Part shown: in pieces, positions 1 through 12,428 of the stretch
How the letters are laid out: each line of letters begins with the position of its first letter
Numbering within the stretch: position 1 is the stretch's first letter
Assembly: GCA_030390025.1 (NCBI GenBank)
Contig: CM059433.1
Location: forward strand, 6,946,001-7,010,000
Direction: 5' to 3'
Length of the DNA stretch: 64,000 nt
Source of the DNA: Squalus acanthias
Lineage: Eukaryota
Program-made: the position numbers and the translations under genes
The notes under the pieces: model-generated
The model's database searches: none
What the model was told of the DNA's origin: nothing
Seen by the model: only the letters and a program-made list of their open reading frames with translations

Positions 1-216
1 GATAGAAAAATTGGAACTGAAATTTAACACTGATAAACGTAAACTATTGCTCGCCGTTGAAGACTTAAAGACAAACATAACTGTACAATAAATGAAAATG
101 AATTAGCACACGGAGACTTAGAATAGTAACCATGTCACGTTCAATTCCTAGACAATATGACAAAGCAATTAAAAACTAATAGAATGCTGGAATATCAATT
201 CCATGTAATGTTAAAA

Positions 217-1119
217 AAGAAAGACTTGCATTTATATAGCGCCTTTCACGACCACCGGACGTCTCAAAGCGCTTTACAGCCAATGAAGTACTTTTGAAAT
301 ATTTTTTTTAAATTCAAATACCTGTACAACTCATCAATTACATAGTAAATCCATCACAGTAAAAAAATAAAGCCTTAAAAACAGCCTTATAATTAATATA
401 AATGCAATGATTACTTTTACAAATAATCAATAATGTTTACAGCACAAATACCCTTAAACAATACCACACAACCTTTTAGATTTAAAATAATAAATCTCAA
501 GGTTAACTCCACATAAAAAACCATTTCAACACCACAGTGTACAAACACATAGCGCCATCATAATCCAATTAAATGCTACAGATAACACTTATTCCAATAA
601 ACCAAGAAAAAACCCGTTTTACGCCAGTCCTACTGGCATTGTTCGTTCGATCATTCATTCAATTGTTCGTTCGTTCATTCAAGCGTTCGTTCGTTCGTTC
701 GATCGAGCGTAAGTTCCAATATGTATGTATGAATGCGTGCGTGCGTATATGAAGTACTTTTGAAGGGTAGTCAGTGTTGTAATGTGGGAAACGCAGCAGT
801 CGATTTGCGCACAGCAAGCTCCCGCAAACAGCGATGTGATAATGACCAGATAATCTGTTTTAGTGATGTTGATTGAGGGAGAAATATTGGCCGCTGGACA
901 CCGGGGATAACTCCCCTGCTCTTCTTCGAAATAGTGCCCATGGGATCTTTTACATCCACCTGAGAAAGCAGACGGGGCCTCGGTTTAACATCTCAGCACC
1001 TCTGACAGTGCAGCACTCCCTCAGCCTGGATTGTTTGTACTCAAGTCTTTGGAGTGGGATTATGAACCCGCCACTTTCTGACTCAAGAGGCCAGGGAGCT
1101 ACCAACTGAGCCACAGCTG
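217..1119 (-). mobile_element. tRNA-headed Deu-domain SINE (SacSINE1-like), interrupted by a 450-bp insertion at 299-748
   Basis: The minus strand carries the Deu core (GAAGAAGAGCAGGGGAGTTATCCCCGGTGTCC) and the tail ...GAAAGGCGCTATATAAATGCAAGTCTTTC. It matches the full copy at 35081-35558. Confidence 0.85.
299..748. other. Unidentified AT-rich insertion with 16-bp TSD
   Basis: ATGAAGTACTTTTGAA occurs at 283-298 and 749-764. The insert ends in (TTCG)n/(ATTC)n/(TGCG)n microsatellites. Confidence 0.75.
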
Positions 1120-1124
1120 CACAA

Positions 1125-1400
1125 GGTTACAGTGAATGTGCTACGACTTTACAACACACTGGTCAGACCACATTTGGCATAGTGTAATCAATTCTACTCG
1201 GCATGTTACTAAACATGAAATTACATTGTAGAGGGTGCAGGAAAAAAACATCAAGACTGATCACGTGTAAATAGGATGAGCTACGAAGAAACATTAGAGA
1301 AGTTCAACTTTTACACTGAAGAAAAACAGCTGAATGGGACCTCATCATAACATATAAAATATTTAATGGTTTCGATATGATAAACTGGAATATTAATTCA
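1125..1400 (+). mobile_element. Old, degraded CR1 LINE 3' fragment
   Basis: Decayed match to the LYxxLVRPHLEY... C-terminal region seen in the younger CR1 copies. Confidence 0.6.
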
Positions 1401-1754
1401 AAGTAGCTTCACACCAGAAGGAAGTGGATGTAATACAAAAACAAGTGGTGCAAAAATGGTCAACTTATGAAGTTAAAACAAACTCTGCTGGCCCGCTATA
1501 TCACCATTACTACTTGAATGATTGAAAAAAACTATTTACAGCTGATTACAATGCTTATTACACTAGCAGTGTGAGACCAGTGGGCAGCGCTTCATGCATG
1601 CCTTCCCCAACTTTATTGCAATGAAAATATACTCCTATTTGTATCACTGTAAAAGTAGAGCTGAAACCATCTGTGCCCTATCCAAGTGATATTAATCATT
1701 TTTCTCCTCTCCTTCCCTATTGTGTCCTTTTTTTCAACAACTCCCATTTGTATA

Positions 1755-1942
1755 AAGAAAGAACATGCATTTATATAGCGCCATTCACAGCCAATTAAGT
1801 AATTTTGAAGTGTAGTCACTGTTTGTAATGTAAGGAAACATGGCAACCAATTTGCGCACAGCAAGCTCCCACAAACAACAATGAGATAAATAACCAGATA
1901 ATCTGTTTTAATAATGTTGAGGGATAAATGTTAGCCAGGACA
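1755..1942 (-). mobile_element. Deu-domain SINE, 3' half
   Basis: Same tail and body as the copy at 35081-35558. Confidence 0.75.
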
Positions 1943-2739
1943 ATGTAGCACCATTTTTCTTCACTTTTGCATGTGTTTTCTCTTACTCAAGAGTAAGAGA
2001 ACATTGTCAAGGTAGGGCCATCCACAAGTAAATCACACTTGAAACTATTAATCCTTTCCAACAAGAGAAAGTAAGAGAAACAAAAGCAAGAACTTTTTTA
2101 TGCAGGCCTTCCATTCAAGTGGGGCAGAAAAAACAACTTACATTTATATTTAGTTCCTTTATCATATCTTTCAGAATCATCCAGGTGACTTCATGGGCAG
2201 CAAGCTGCATAAAATGGGAGCTCTGGACCCATTGCCAATTTTTGGCCAAAAGTGTCCCAGCAGACCAGTCAAAAATAAAAGACACAGCTTCTCTGCAACA
2301 TGCCTCTGCGGCAAGCAGCAAAAGACAGGAAATACCCTCCCGAACCTCTAAACAGTGACCCAAAAGATGCTGCCCACCTCCCCCCAGTCTTCCTTGCTTA
2401 AGAACTCCACTGACGATGTCCTTTCCTGGCTCTGCTACAAGTTCTGCAGCTGGGTGAGCATGAACTCTCCAATCTGCTGATAGTCACATCCAGTGCATCA
2501 GCCAGCAGGATCAGCTAATCCATCGTCAGCTTATCATCTGTTTCCCACTGACTACCAGACTGTCAGGAGCACTGACTATAACACTCACTAAACCGGCTGA
2601 CCCATCACCCTTTCTGCTGATCCTCTACAGCACATTCCAGCTGGAGAAGTGAGCACAAGACTTAAAAGGTGCTCACTTCTGAAGATCCATCCAGTAGCTC
2701 TCGTAACTAAACACCAAAGTCAGCAGCAGACTCGCAAGT

Positions 2740-3105
2740 CAACAACAACTTGCATTCATATAGCACCTTTAACGTAGTAAAACATCCCAAGGCGCTTCAC
2801 AGGAGTGATTATCAAACAAAATTTGACACCGAGCCACATAAGGAGATATTAGGACAGGCGACCAAAAGCTTGGTCAAAAAGGTAGGTTTTAAGGAGAGTC
2901 TTAAAGGAGGAGCGAGAGGCGGAGAGGTTTAGGGAGGGAATTCCAGATCTTTGGGCCTTGGCAACTGAAGACGTGGCCGCTAATGATGGAGCGATTTAAA
3001 ATTGGAGTTGTGCAAGAAGCCAGAATTGGAGGAGCGCAGGAGAGCTGTAGGGCTGGAGGAGGTTACAAAGATAGGGAGGGGCGAGGCCATGGAGGCATTT
3101 GAAAA
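2740..3105 (-). mobile_element. L2 LINE 3' end fragment
   Basis: Reverse complement of the 3' end of the L2 at 57825-59445, with a (GTT)n tail. Confidence 0.8.
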
Positions 3106-3123
3106 CAGTGGGTGTCAGCAAAC

Positions 3124-3292
3124 CTTTTTTTAAATTCATTTATGGGATGTGGGCGTTGCTGGCAAGGCCAGCATTTATTGCCCTTGAGAAGGTGGTGGTG
3201 AGCCGCCTTCTTGAACCGCTGCAGTCTGTGCGGTGAAGGTGCTCCCACAGTGCTGTTAGGGAGGGAGTTCCAGGATTTTGACTCAGCGACAA
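3124..3292 (-). mobile_element. 3' end fragment of the CR1/L2-group LINE also seen at 29700-30975
   Basis: Encodes SWNSLPNSTVGAPSPHRLQRFKKAAHHHLLKGN and has the same 3' UTR. Confidence 0.75.
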
Positions 3293-3515
3293 CTTCCATT
3301 CATATCGCACCTTTAACGTAGTAAAACGTCCCAAGGCACTTCACAGGAGCGATTATCAAACAAAATTTGACACCGAGCCACATAAGAAGATATTAGGACA
3401 GGTGAAAGAGGTAGGTTTTAAGGAACATCTTAAAGGAGGAAAGCGAGGCGGAGAGGTTTAGGGAGGGAATTCCAGAGCTTAGGGCCGAGGCAGCTGAAGG
3501 CACGGCCGCCAATGG
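3293..3515 (-). mobile_element. L2 LINE 3' end fragment
   Basis: Encodes IGGRAFSCLGPKLWNSLPKPLRL and carries the L2 tail. Confidence 0.8.
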
Positions 3516-3600
3516 CTTGCCGTGCCTGGACAGGTTGGGGGGGGCGTTCCACCAAAATGCTACCGGAGGAGTGGAGGTGGATCAGGAAAACCGGAGCAAT

Positions 3601-4980
3601 GGCCCGTATTTTGCTGTCAGCGGCGAAGGAACAACACTCGCTGCTCACCTCGCTGACAGCTGCCCACAGAGTTTCCGCGGGCTTCTCAGTGTAGATTTCC
3701 TCTAATCCGGCATCTTTTCCAGCGCGTGCCCTCTACAGTGGATCTGCGGCGTCTGTGAGAAACAGCGAGGCTCTTCAACCAATTGACGAATTCTCACTGA
3801 GACACGATGGGCTGGATTTTGATACTGGGGCGGGTTGGGGTCGTGTTATCCACTTTTCATGTTATCCACCCGACTGCAATTGGATGTGGGAGATTGATGC
3901 AATTTTCACCTAATTGGGCAATTGAGTTCCAGCATGTGGGAACCCATGAACCAATTAGTGTTTTCAGTCTGAAAGTCGCCTCTGATGATGTCATCATTGC
4001 TGCTGCATTGAAGGTTTTCAAACACTGCCTGGCCTTTGCTGTGAGAGGACCTGGATGCAAAATATGAGAGAGAGAGAGAGAATTTTTTTTGCACTTGCAC
4101 TCCCAGATATGTCTCCTCCACCACTCCCAGATGCCTGCCAGCCACTCACTCACTGATAGTCAGCCCAGCCACTGATAGTCAGCTATCCAAATGTGCTCCC
4201 GCCAGGTTTCACAATCGTGGTTCAGAACAGGCGTGCTTCACGTAGAACAAGGGTTAAAATCACGAAGGCCTTTCAAAATGGCATTATAGAGCCAATTGAA
4301 TGCTTGTTAAGGGCCTTAACAGCCTATCCCGTCTCTTAAAGGCGGGACGAGCAGACACGATTTAATGAAAATTGCGTGGAGGCGGACTTGTGCCCGCCCG
4401 CCAGTTTTTGCAATGAAAATCCAGCCCGCAGAGTCTAAAGCAGGAAATATAAATTAGATTTAAATGATGTACAAAAAGTGAAATAAAGACTGGGAAATAC
4501 AGATGGGATTAAGGAAGAGAGATAAAAGAGACAGACAGAAAAAGTTTTTAAAAAATAATAATTTTATTTTAATTATTTTAAATCTCCAAAACTAATTTTA
4601 TTCTGAGGGAATGAGACTCCACACTTATAAAATTAATTTTTCAGGGCCAGAGAGGTTGTTCAGCAGTCTTTATCACTTATCACGCCGTTAAAAACTCACT
4701 TAATCCAGAATGCACCAGCCCTAACTTTCTCAGCCGTTTTTAGTGCGGAACCAGTGGGCAAGTACCCCATGTTCACACCATTGCAATCATTTCAATGCCG
4801 AGTCTATCGTCAAAGACTGCAACAGTGCACCCTGTGGAGGAGCGGGGTATCTGACAGCAACTTCCGGATTTCCGGGTTTAACTGCGTATGTGCGGACACC
4901 AGAAGTTGCTGTCCGATTTACCCTGTTATAACGGTGAGTGCTGTTTGCTTCACCGTTATTCATATCGCAAAATCCAGCCC
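3601..4980. mobile_element. Older Harbinger-type MITE (miniature inverted-repeat element) hosting the 3809-4427 insertion
   Basis: Imperfect TIRs GGCCCGTATTTTGC ... GCAAAATCCAGCCC. Its interior resembles 21230-21890 in reverse orientation. Confidence 0.55.
3809..4427 (+). mobile_element. Non-autonomous Harbinger, GGGCTGGATTTT family
   Basis: 12-bp TIRs GGGCTGGATTTT/AAAATCCAGCCC; homologous to 7606-8326 and 12963-13707. The TSD is not preserved. Confidence 0.8.
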
Positions 4981-5489
4981 AATAACTCCACACCCTGATA
5001 TGCTCCCTGGACACAGAGAAGATGTTCAACTGCATGGAGTAGGAATTCCTTCTTCTTGTACAAATGGCCTTCAGCACACCTAATTTTGTTGGAGCAAAAC
5101 CTTGAAACTTTGCAGCAAAATTATTTTATTTTCATGTTTTATAAGCACATCTGCATGGGCATAAATAACCAATACTTATTTTCAAGTTTCCACTGGCAGG
5201 AGTGGTAGAAACGAAAATAGGGAGAGGTTTTTAATGGACGGCTGTATCGATACCACGCGTTTTACACCATCGTCTAAAGTCAAAATTACCCCCTATGTGT
5301 CTGAACTCTCTCTCCTTCTATCTGGGATTCTATGACTCTGTCTCTCCCTGTGTCGAAACATTTCTATCTCTAAGTATTTAAACAACTCTCTCTCCCTTTC
5401 AGTGATTCCAAATGGAAAATCAGGCAGGGTGTATAACAGGATTCAAATTCACCACCGCCTGTTTTGTGCCCTGTCAAAGTTGAATTTGA

Positions 5490-6380
5490 ATTCTCCATGT
5501 CTAAACTTGTCTCTCTTTCTGTCTCCATCCCCGAGTCTGAACTCGTCTCTCTCTCCGTCCTCATATCTGAACTCATCTCTCTCTCTCCCTCCTCATGTCT
5601 GAACTCGTCTCTCTCTCTCCCTCCCCCGAGTCTGAACTCATCTCTCTCTCCCTCCCCGTGTCTGAACTCGTCTCTCTCTCCCTCCCATGTCTGAACTCGT
5701 CTCTCTCTCTCCCTCCCGTGTCTGAACTCGTCTCTCTCTCCCTCCCCGTGTCTGAACTCGTCTCTCTCTCCCTCCCATGTCTGAACTCGTCTCTCTCTCC
5801 CTCCCGTGTCTGAACTCGTCTCTCTCTCCCTCCCATGTCTGAACTCGTCTCTCTCTCCCCATGTCATAACTCGTCTCTCTCTCTCCCAACCGTGTCTGAA
5901 CTCGTCTCTCTCTCCCAACCGTGTCTGAACTCGTCTCTCTCTCCCTCCCATGTCTGAACTCGTCTCTCTCTCCCTCCCATGTCTGAACTCGTCTCTCCCT
6001 CCCTCCCGTGTCTGAACTTGTTTCTCTCTCTCCCTCCCATGTCTGAACTCGTTTCTCTCTCTCTCTCCCGTGTCTGAACTCGTCTCTCCCTCCCGTGTCT
6101 GAACTCGTCTCTCTCTCCCTCCCTGTGTCTGAACTCGTCTCTCTCTCCCTCCCATGTCTGAACTCATCTCTCTCTCTCCCTCCCCCGTGTAGGAATTTGT
6201 CTCTCTCCCTCCTCATATCTGAACTTGTCTCTCTCTCCCTCCCCATGTCTGAACTCGTCTCTCTCTCCCTCCCCATGTCTGAACTCGTCTCTCTCTCTCC
6301 CTCCCCCGTGTAGAAATTTGTCTCTCTCCCTCCTCATATCTGAACTTGTCTCTCTCTCCCTCCCCTGTGTCTGAACTTGT
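5490..6380. repeat. Minisatellite, ~28-33 bp unit (G/A)TGTCTGAACTCGT(CT)nCCCTCCC
   Basis: Directly visible tandem array, with degenerate units upstream at 5297-5370. Confidence 0.95.
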
Positions 6381-6751
6381 CTGTCAACTTCAAAACTGCA
6401 ACTCTTTTGGATGTTTTCGGTCGGAATGGTCTGATGTCTAACAGTGCTGCAAGGTGCCACTGACACATTCCTGGTCCCCGCCGGCCGGACACACATGGAA
6501 TGCTGGAAATGGCACAGACACCTGTCCCCTCTATGCAAATGATCCCAATCCCAGGAATTGGGGCGGGGCCGGGGCAGACTGGCTGGCCGAAGTCCTGCCT
6601 TGCTGCACTTTGGCAGCAGATGGGGCCCAGGAATCTGTTTACATACAATTATGTATAATGTACAGTAGAGAAACTAACCATCTGGCCCAACTGGTCCATG
6701 CTCCACACAAGCCTCATCCCACCCCTCTTCATCTAACCCCATTAACATATT

Positions 6752-7285
6752 TGTTTGACAAAGTACCACATAATAAACTTGTTAGCAAAATTAAAGCCCA
6801 TGGGATTAAAGGGGCAGTGGCAACGTGGATACAAAATTGGCTAAGAGACAGAAAGCAGAGAGTAGTGGTGAACAGTTGTTTTTCAGACTGGAGGGAAGTG
6901 TACAGTGGTGTTCCCCAGGGGTCAGTATTAGACCACTGCTCTTTTTGCTATATATTAACGACCTGCACTTGGATATACAGGGAATAATTTCAAAGTTTGC
7001 AGATGATATGAAACGCGGAAATGTAGTAAATAATAAGGCGGAGGACGTTGACAGACTGGTGAAATGGGCAGTCACATGGCAGATGAAATTTAATGCAGAG
7101 AAGTGTGAAGTGATACATTTTGGTAGGAAGAATGAGGAGAGGCAATATGAACTAAATGGTACAATTTTAAAGAGGCTGCAGGAACAGAGAAACCTGGGGG
7201 TGTATGTAGACTAATCTTTGAAGGTGGCAGGACAAATTTAGAAGGCTGTTTAAAAAAAAGCATACGGGATCCTTGGCTTTATTAC
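6752..7285 (+). mobile_element. CR1 LINE reverse-transcriptase (RT) fragment, frameshifted
   Basis: Encodes FDKVPH...SGVPQGSVL and YINDL...SKFADD...WQMKFNAEKCEVIHFG across frames. Confidence 0.9.
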
Positions 7286-8542
7286 ATGGGATATACGGCA
7301 CAGGAACAGGCCATTCGGCCCAACCAGTCCATGCCGCCGTTTATGGTCCACTCAAGCCTCCTCCCGTCTTTCCTCGTCTAACTCTATCAGCATAACCCTC
7401 TATTCCCTGCTTCCTCATATGATTATCTAGCCTCCCCTTAAATGCATCCATACTATTTACTTCAAGCACTCCCTGTGGTAGCGAGTTCCGCACTCTCACC
7501 ACTCTTTGGGTAAAGAAGTTCCTTCAGAATTCCCTATTTGATTTCTTGGTGACTATCTTATATTGATGGGCTGTGGTTTTGCTCTTCCCCACAAGTGGAA
7601 ACACTGGGCTGGATTTTGTCTTGGGGTCGGGTTGGGGTCGTGTGATCCGCATTTCGTGTTGCCCCCCCGACTCCAGATTAATGTGGATGAATGATGCAAT
7701 TTTCACTTAATTGGGCAATTGAGTTCCAGCATGTGGGAACCCATGACCCAATTAGTGGTTTCAGTCTGAAAGTCACCTCTGATGATGTCTCAGAGATTGC
7801 CTGGCCTTTGCTGTGAGAGGACCTGGATGCAAAATGAGCAGCATCTCACAGAGAGAGAGAGAGAATTTTTTTTGCAACCAAGTCCTCCCAGGCAGTCTCA
7901 GAAGACATTCAATGCAGCAGCATCAGAGGCGACTTTCAGACCTAATACTACTACTACCTTCATCACAATACTACTACGACCTTCATCACATCTCCGTTGT
8001 AATAGTGGACCTGCAGCTGATAGTCAGCTATCCACTTGTGCTCCCGCCAGGTTTCACTGGCATGTTTCACATCAGGTGTACTTCACGTCGGAAAAGGGTT
8101 AAACTAGCTAAAACGTTTCAAAATGGCATTACAGAGCCAATTTAGGGCTTGTTAAGGGCTTTAATGGCCTCTCCCGCCTCTTGGAGGCGGGACGGAGTTG
8201 GGAACCCCGCGACTGATTTTGTCAAAATTGCGTGGAGTCGGGATGGGGTCAGGACCCCCGAATCTGCAACTTTAACCCCCCACACGCCTCCAAACCTGAC
8301 TCCACGGGTCATTGAAAATCCAGCCCACTATCTCTGTATCTACTCTATCAAAACCTTTCATAATTTTAAAGACCTCTATTAGGTCACCCCTCAGCCTTTT
8401 TCTTTTCAAGAGAAAAGACACCCAGCCTGTTCATCCTTTCCTGATCGGTATACCCTCACATTTCTGGTATCATACTGGTAAATATTTTTTGCACCCTCTG
8501 TAAGAACGCACGATTTGCTATAACTTTTGCTGTAACTTGACC
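7286..8542 (-). mobile_element. CR1 LINE 3' end, split by a Harbinger MITE
   Basis: Reverse complement of the CR1 tail family at 61375-62222; it resumes after 8329. Confidence 0.8.
7606..8326 (+). mobile_element. Non-autonomous Harbinger, GGGCTGGATTTT family
   Basis: 12-bp TIRs; 3-bp TSD ACT at 7603-7605 and 8327-8329. Confidence 0.9.
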
Positions 8543-8549
8543 AAACTGG

Positions 8550-8877
8550 TTTGGCGTGGGTTTCCTCCGGGTGCTCCGGTTTCCTCCCACAGTCCAAAAA
8601 TGTGTGGGTTAGGTTGATTTGGCTATGATAAATTGACCCTTAGTGTTAGGGGGGATTAAATATGTGGGGTTATGGGGATAAGATGGGATATGTTAGGGGG
8701 AATTAAATACGTGGGGTTACGGGGGTAGGGTGGGATATGTGTACTGTGGGGATTAAAGCAGGGACAGGGTACTGGATTTGGATGATCAGCCATGATCGTA
8801 TTGAATGGCGGAGCAGGCTCGACGGGCCGAATGGCCTACTCCTGCTCCTAGATTCTATGTTTCTATGTTTCTATGTT
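8550..8877 (+). mobile_element. V-domain SINE (HE1-like), 5'-truncated, with a CR1-derived tail
   Basis: V-domain motif GCGTGGGTTTCCTCCGGGTGCTCCGGTTTCCTCCCACAGTCCAAA. Its tail GGATGATCAGCCATGATC...CCTGCTCCTA is shared with the CR1 at 43385-43985 and ends in (TTCTATGT)n. Confidence 0.85.
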
Positions 8878-9360
8878 TAAAAGTTGACCACATTTTATGT
8901 ACCATCATGCTTCACGAGGCCAAGAGACTGGTTGCTGAGATGCTACGGTTGTAAGCTGTGAAAGCTGCCAATTGTCTTTCAACAGATAAGGAAAACAGAC
9001 TTTGAAAGTTCTGTGGAAACAGACTATTGAACTGTTGAATCAGTGCAAAAACAGAAACATTTTCAGACTATGGAATGTAACCGGCCTTGAAGCCCACGGA
9101 TGCTTAATGGACTATTGATAAGAGTAACTGAAAAACAACTAATGCCGTGTAGTTAGGGACACGTGTGCAGTGGGAGGGTTGCCAAGTTTTGGGGTATAAA
9201 AGATGCTGTAAATTGACCACTCGCTGCTGCAGCCGGGCGACCTGGTCAGTTGCCAGAAATCATACGTCTAGTCACTGCCAGATTGACCACTCGCTGGTAT
9301 TAGTACGTATGTGGTGTTTTGCTTGAGCTTAAAGTAAAGGGATAGCTCTGTGTATGTTCA
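8878..9360 (+). mobile_element. Possible solo-LTR-like sequence
   Basis: TATA-like GGGTATAAAAG near 9192, an internal direct repeat ATTGACCACTCGCTG, AGTAAA near the end and a terminal CA. No TSD was established. Confidence 0.3.
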
Positions 9361-9362
9361 TT

Positions 9363-10821
9363 GAGCCTCCTCCTCCCGTTAGTTGTTTAATTATCCACCG
9401 CCATTCACGACTGGATGTGGCAGGACTTTGATCTGATCCGTTGATTGTGGGATCGCTTAGCTCTGTCTATAGCATGCTGCTTCTGCTTTTTAGCATGCAT
9501 GTAATCCTTTGTTGCAGCTTCCCCAGGTTGGCACCTCATTTTTAGGTACGCCTGGTGCTGCTCCTGGCATGCTCTTCTGCACTCCTCATTGAACCAGGGT
9601 TGGTTCCTGGCTTGATGGTAATGGTAGAGTGAGGGTTATGCCGGGCCATGAGGTTACAGATTGTGGTGGAATACAATTCTGCTGCTGCTGATGGCCCACA
9701 GTGCCTCATGGATGCCCAGTTTTGAGCTGCTAGATCTGTTCTGAATCTATCCCATCTAGCATGGTGGTAGTGCCACACAACACGATGGAGGGTGTCCTCA
9801 GTGTGAAGACGGGACTTCGCCTCCACAATGACTGTGCGGTGGTCACTGCTACCAATGCTGTCATGGACAGATGCATCTGCAACAGGTAGATTGTTGAGGA
9901 TGAGGTCAAGTAGGTTTTTCCCTCGTGTTGGTTCTCTCACCACCTGCCACAGGCTCAGTCTGGCAGCTATGTCCATCAGGACTTGGCCAGCTCAGTCAGT
10001 AGTGGTGCTACCGAGCCACTCTTAGTGATGGACATTGAAGTCCCCCACCCAGAGTGCACTCTGTGCCCTTGCTTCTTCTAAGTGGTGTTCAACATGGAGG
10101 AGTACTGATTCATCAGCTGAGGGAGGGCGGTAGGTGGTAATCAGCAGGAGGTTTCCTGATGCTATGAGACTTCATGGAGTCCAGAGTCAATGTTGAGGAC
10201 TCCCAGGGCCACTCCCTCCCGATTGTATACCCCTGGTGGGTCTGTCCTGCCGGTGGGACAGGGCATATCCAGGGATGGTGATGGAGGAGTCTGGGACATC
10301 GGCTGAAAGGTATGATTCTGTCAGGCTGTTGCTTGACTAGTCTGTGCGACAGCTTTCCCAATTTTGGCACAAGTCTCAAGAGGTTAGTGAGGAGGACTTT
10401 GCAGGGTCGACTGGGCTGGGTGTGCTGTTGTCATGTCCGAAGCCAGTGCCTCGGTCAATCCGTCAGGTTTTAATCTTATTATTGTTTCTCATAGCGGTTT
10501 GTTACAACTGAGTAGCTTGCTGGGCCATTTCAGAGGGCAGTTAAGAGTCAACCACATTGCTGTGGGTCTGGAGTCACCTACAGACGAGCAGATTTGTTTT
10601 CACTAAAGGACATTAGTGAACCAGATGGGTTTTTTTTAAACCACAATCCAATAACTTCATGGTCACCATTACTAGTTTTTTTAAATTCCAGATTTATTTA
10701 ATTAACTGAATTTAAATTGCCCAGTTGCTGTGGTGGGATTTGAACTCATGTACTCTCGGTATCATTAGCCCAGGCCTCTGGATTACTAGCCCAGTGACAT
10801 TACCACTATGCTACCGTTCCC
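9363..10821 (-). mobile_element. 5' portion of a CR1/L2-group LINE with a tRNA-like head and an AP-endonuclease region (pseudogenised)
   Basis: Encodes LVPKLGKLSHRLVKQQPD... and QVVREPTRGKNLLDLIL...IGSSDHRTV (APE motifs). The 5' end is GGGAACGGTAGCATAGTGG...GAGTTCAAATCC. Confidence 0.8.
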
Positions 10822-12019
10822 ATTAATGTGTGGTGGAATTGGCAGTGTTTCTGACCGGTGAAATCATTCCCCTCTTCTACAGACGTCCACGTGGAGGGGA
10901 CAGCACAAAAAGCGCCTGACTCACTTCCTCTGGAACTTCACAGTAGAGAAAAAAAAGGGAAAGAGACTCAGTGAACTCTGTCCCACCCCAAATTCATGCC
11001 CACCTGCCGCATTGCCCTCCCAGGAATTTCAAGCCCGCAGTATCTACAGCTCAAACGACAGACAAACAGCCTTCTCTGAAACACATATAGACAGAGTTTT
11101 ACTGGCGGTGCCATGGCTTAACAGCTTTGTCCTCAACAAGAGTGAAGAAATGTGTTTGAAGCTACTTAGTAAGCAGGCAGGTCTGCTCTTCGACTCACTC
11201 AAGCTCGCTAGTTACTGGCATCTGGCAATGCACTGAGTGGAATTTTCCAGCATTGGCTCAGATACACAAATAGAGTGAGGTAATTAATTTTAACTGTTTA
11301 AAGCACACATCACGTTACAGTTAAAAGAGTTGAACATTATAACGTATATCTTAATCGTACAGCTATCTGTATGTATTTGACATGCATAATTTAGTGCTGA
11401 TCAGAGTCTAGAGTGCCTTGATTACACTGATCATTTTCCTGTATAGTTTTGTGGAATTTCCATATTAAACAGTGTCTCTACTTGCCTTAAGAAGGATCAT
11501 TCATTCATTTGTGTGACATACAGAACAGGTTCTCACATGTGTGCACATATGACCTGATTGTATTACATCTGTTCTGCCAGCAATTGGCTGCACTCCTCCC
11601 TGACAATTACCACATCCTGTTACCCAAAGCCACTGTAGCAGCAAAGACAGAGACTGATCTGTCTGTAACATCTGAGACCAAAGGCAATCCATCTTCAATT
11701 GCCCTGATGCCCCTTCTTATGTTAGAGGACATCATTTAACTACACCCAACATTCGTTCCCAGTCCTTTTGACTTATGTGGCATTAATTTAACAAGCAATC
11801 TCTTCCCAGATGAATGTTGAGTTGGAGCCCTTGTGGGAAAACAATCCAAATACTTGCAGCCAGTTGTGTAATCCAACCTGTTAGAAGGCCAGGCCGCTCT
11901 GAACATTGATCTTTACTATCTACAGCGTTCTTGACCTGCTCCTTCTACCATTCCCCTGTATTTATGGAGCTCTTTATTTTAATGAGCACCAAAAAACGTG
12001 TCTCAGTAGCATGTTATTT

Positions 12020-12428
12020 GAAAGAAAGACTTGAAAGGCTTGCATTTCTATAGCGCCTTTCACGACCACTGGACGCTTTACAGCCAATGAAGTACTATTT
12101 GAAGTGGAGTCACTGTTGTAATGTGGGAAATGCAGCAGCCAATTTGCGCACAGCAAGCTCCCACAAACAGCGATGTGATAATGACCAGATAATCTGTTTT
12201 TGTTATGTTGGTTGAGGGATAAATATTGACCAGGACACCGGGGATAACTCCCCTGCTCTTCTTCGAAATAGTGCCAAGGGATCTTTTACGTCCACCTGAG
12301 AGAGCAGACGGGGCCTCGGTTTAACGTCTCATCCGAAAGACGGCACCTCCGACAGTGCAGCACTCCCTCAGCAGTGTATTGGAGTGTCAGCCTAGCTTTA
12401 TGCGCTCAAGTCCCTGGACTTGAGCACA
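12020..12428 (-). mobile_element. Deu-domain SINE
   Basis: Deu core and tail as in 35081-35558. Confidence 0.9.

Noticed and set aside
299..640. Mitochondrial insertion (NUMT)
   Set aside because: The base skew is suggestive, but I found no recognisable mitochondrial gene or reading frame. It is left as unidentified.
2115..2363. Minus-strand ORF with a gtaagt donor
   Set aside because: The donor overlaps a motif resembling the SINE/L2 tail, and the peptide is unrecognisable.
5370..6538. Long ORFs of up to 265 aa (ERETSSD/RDEFRHG repeats)
   Set aside because: They are translations of the minisatellite in several frames.
10917..10929. Overlapping AP-1/ETS motif TGACTCACTTCCT
   Set aside because: A single short motif cannot support an enhancer call from sequence alone.
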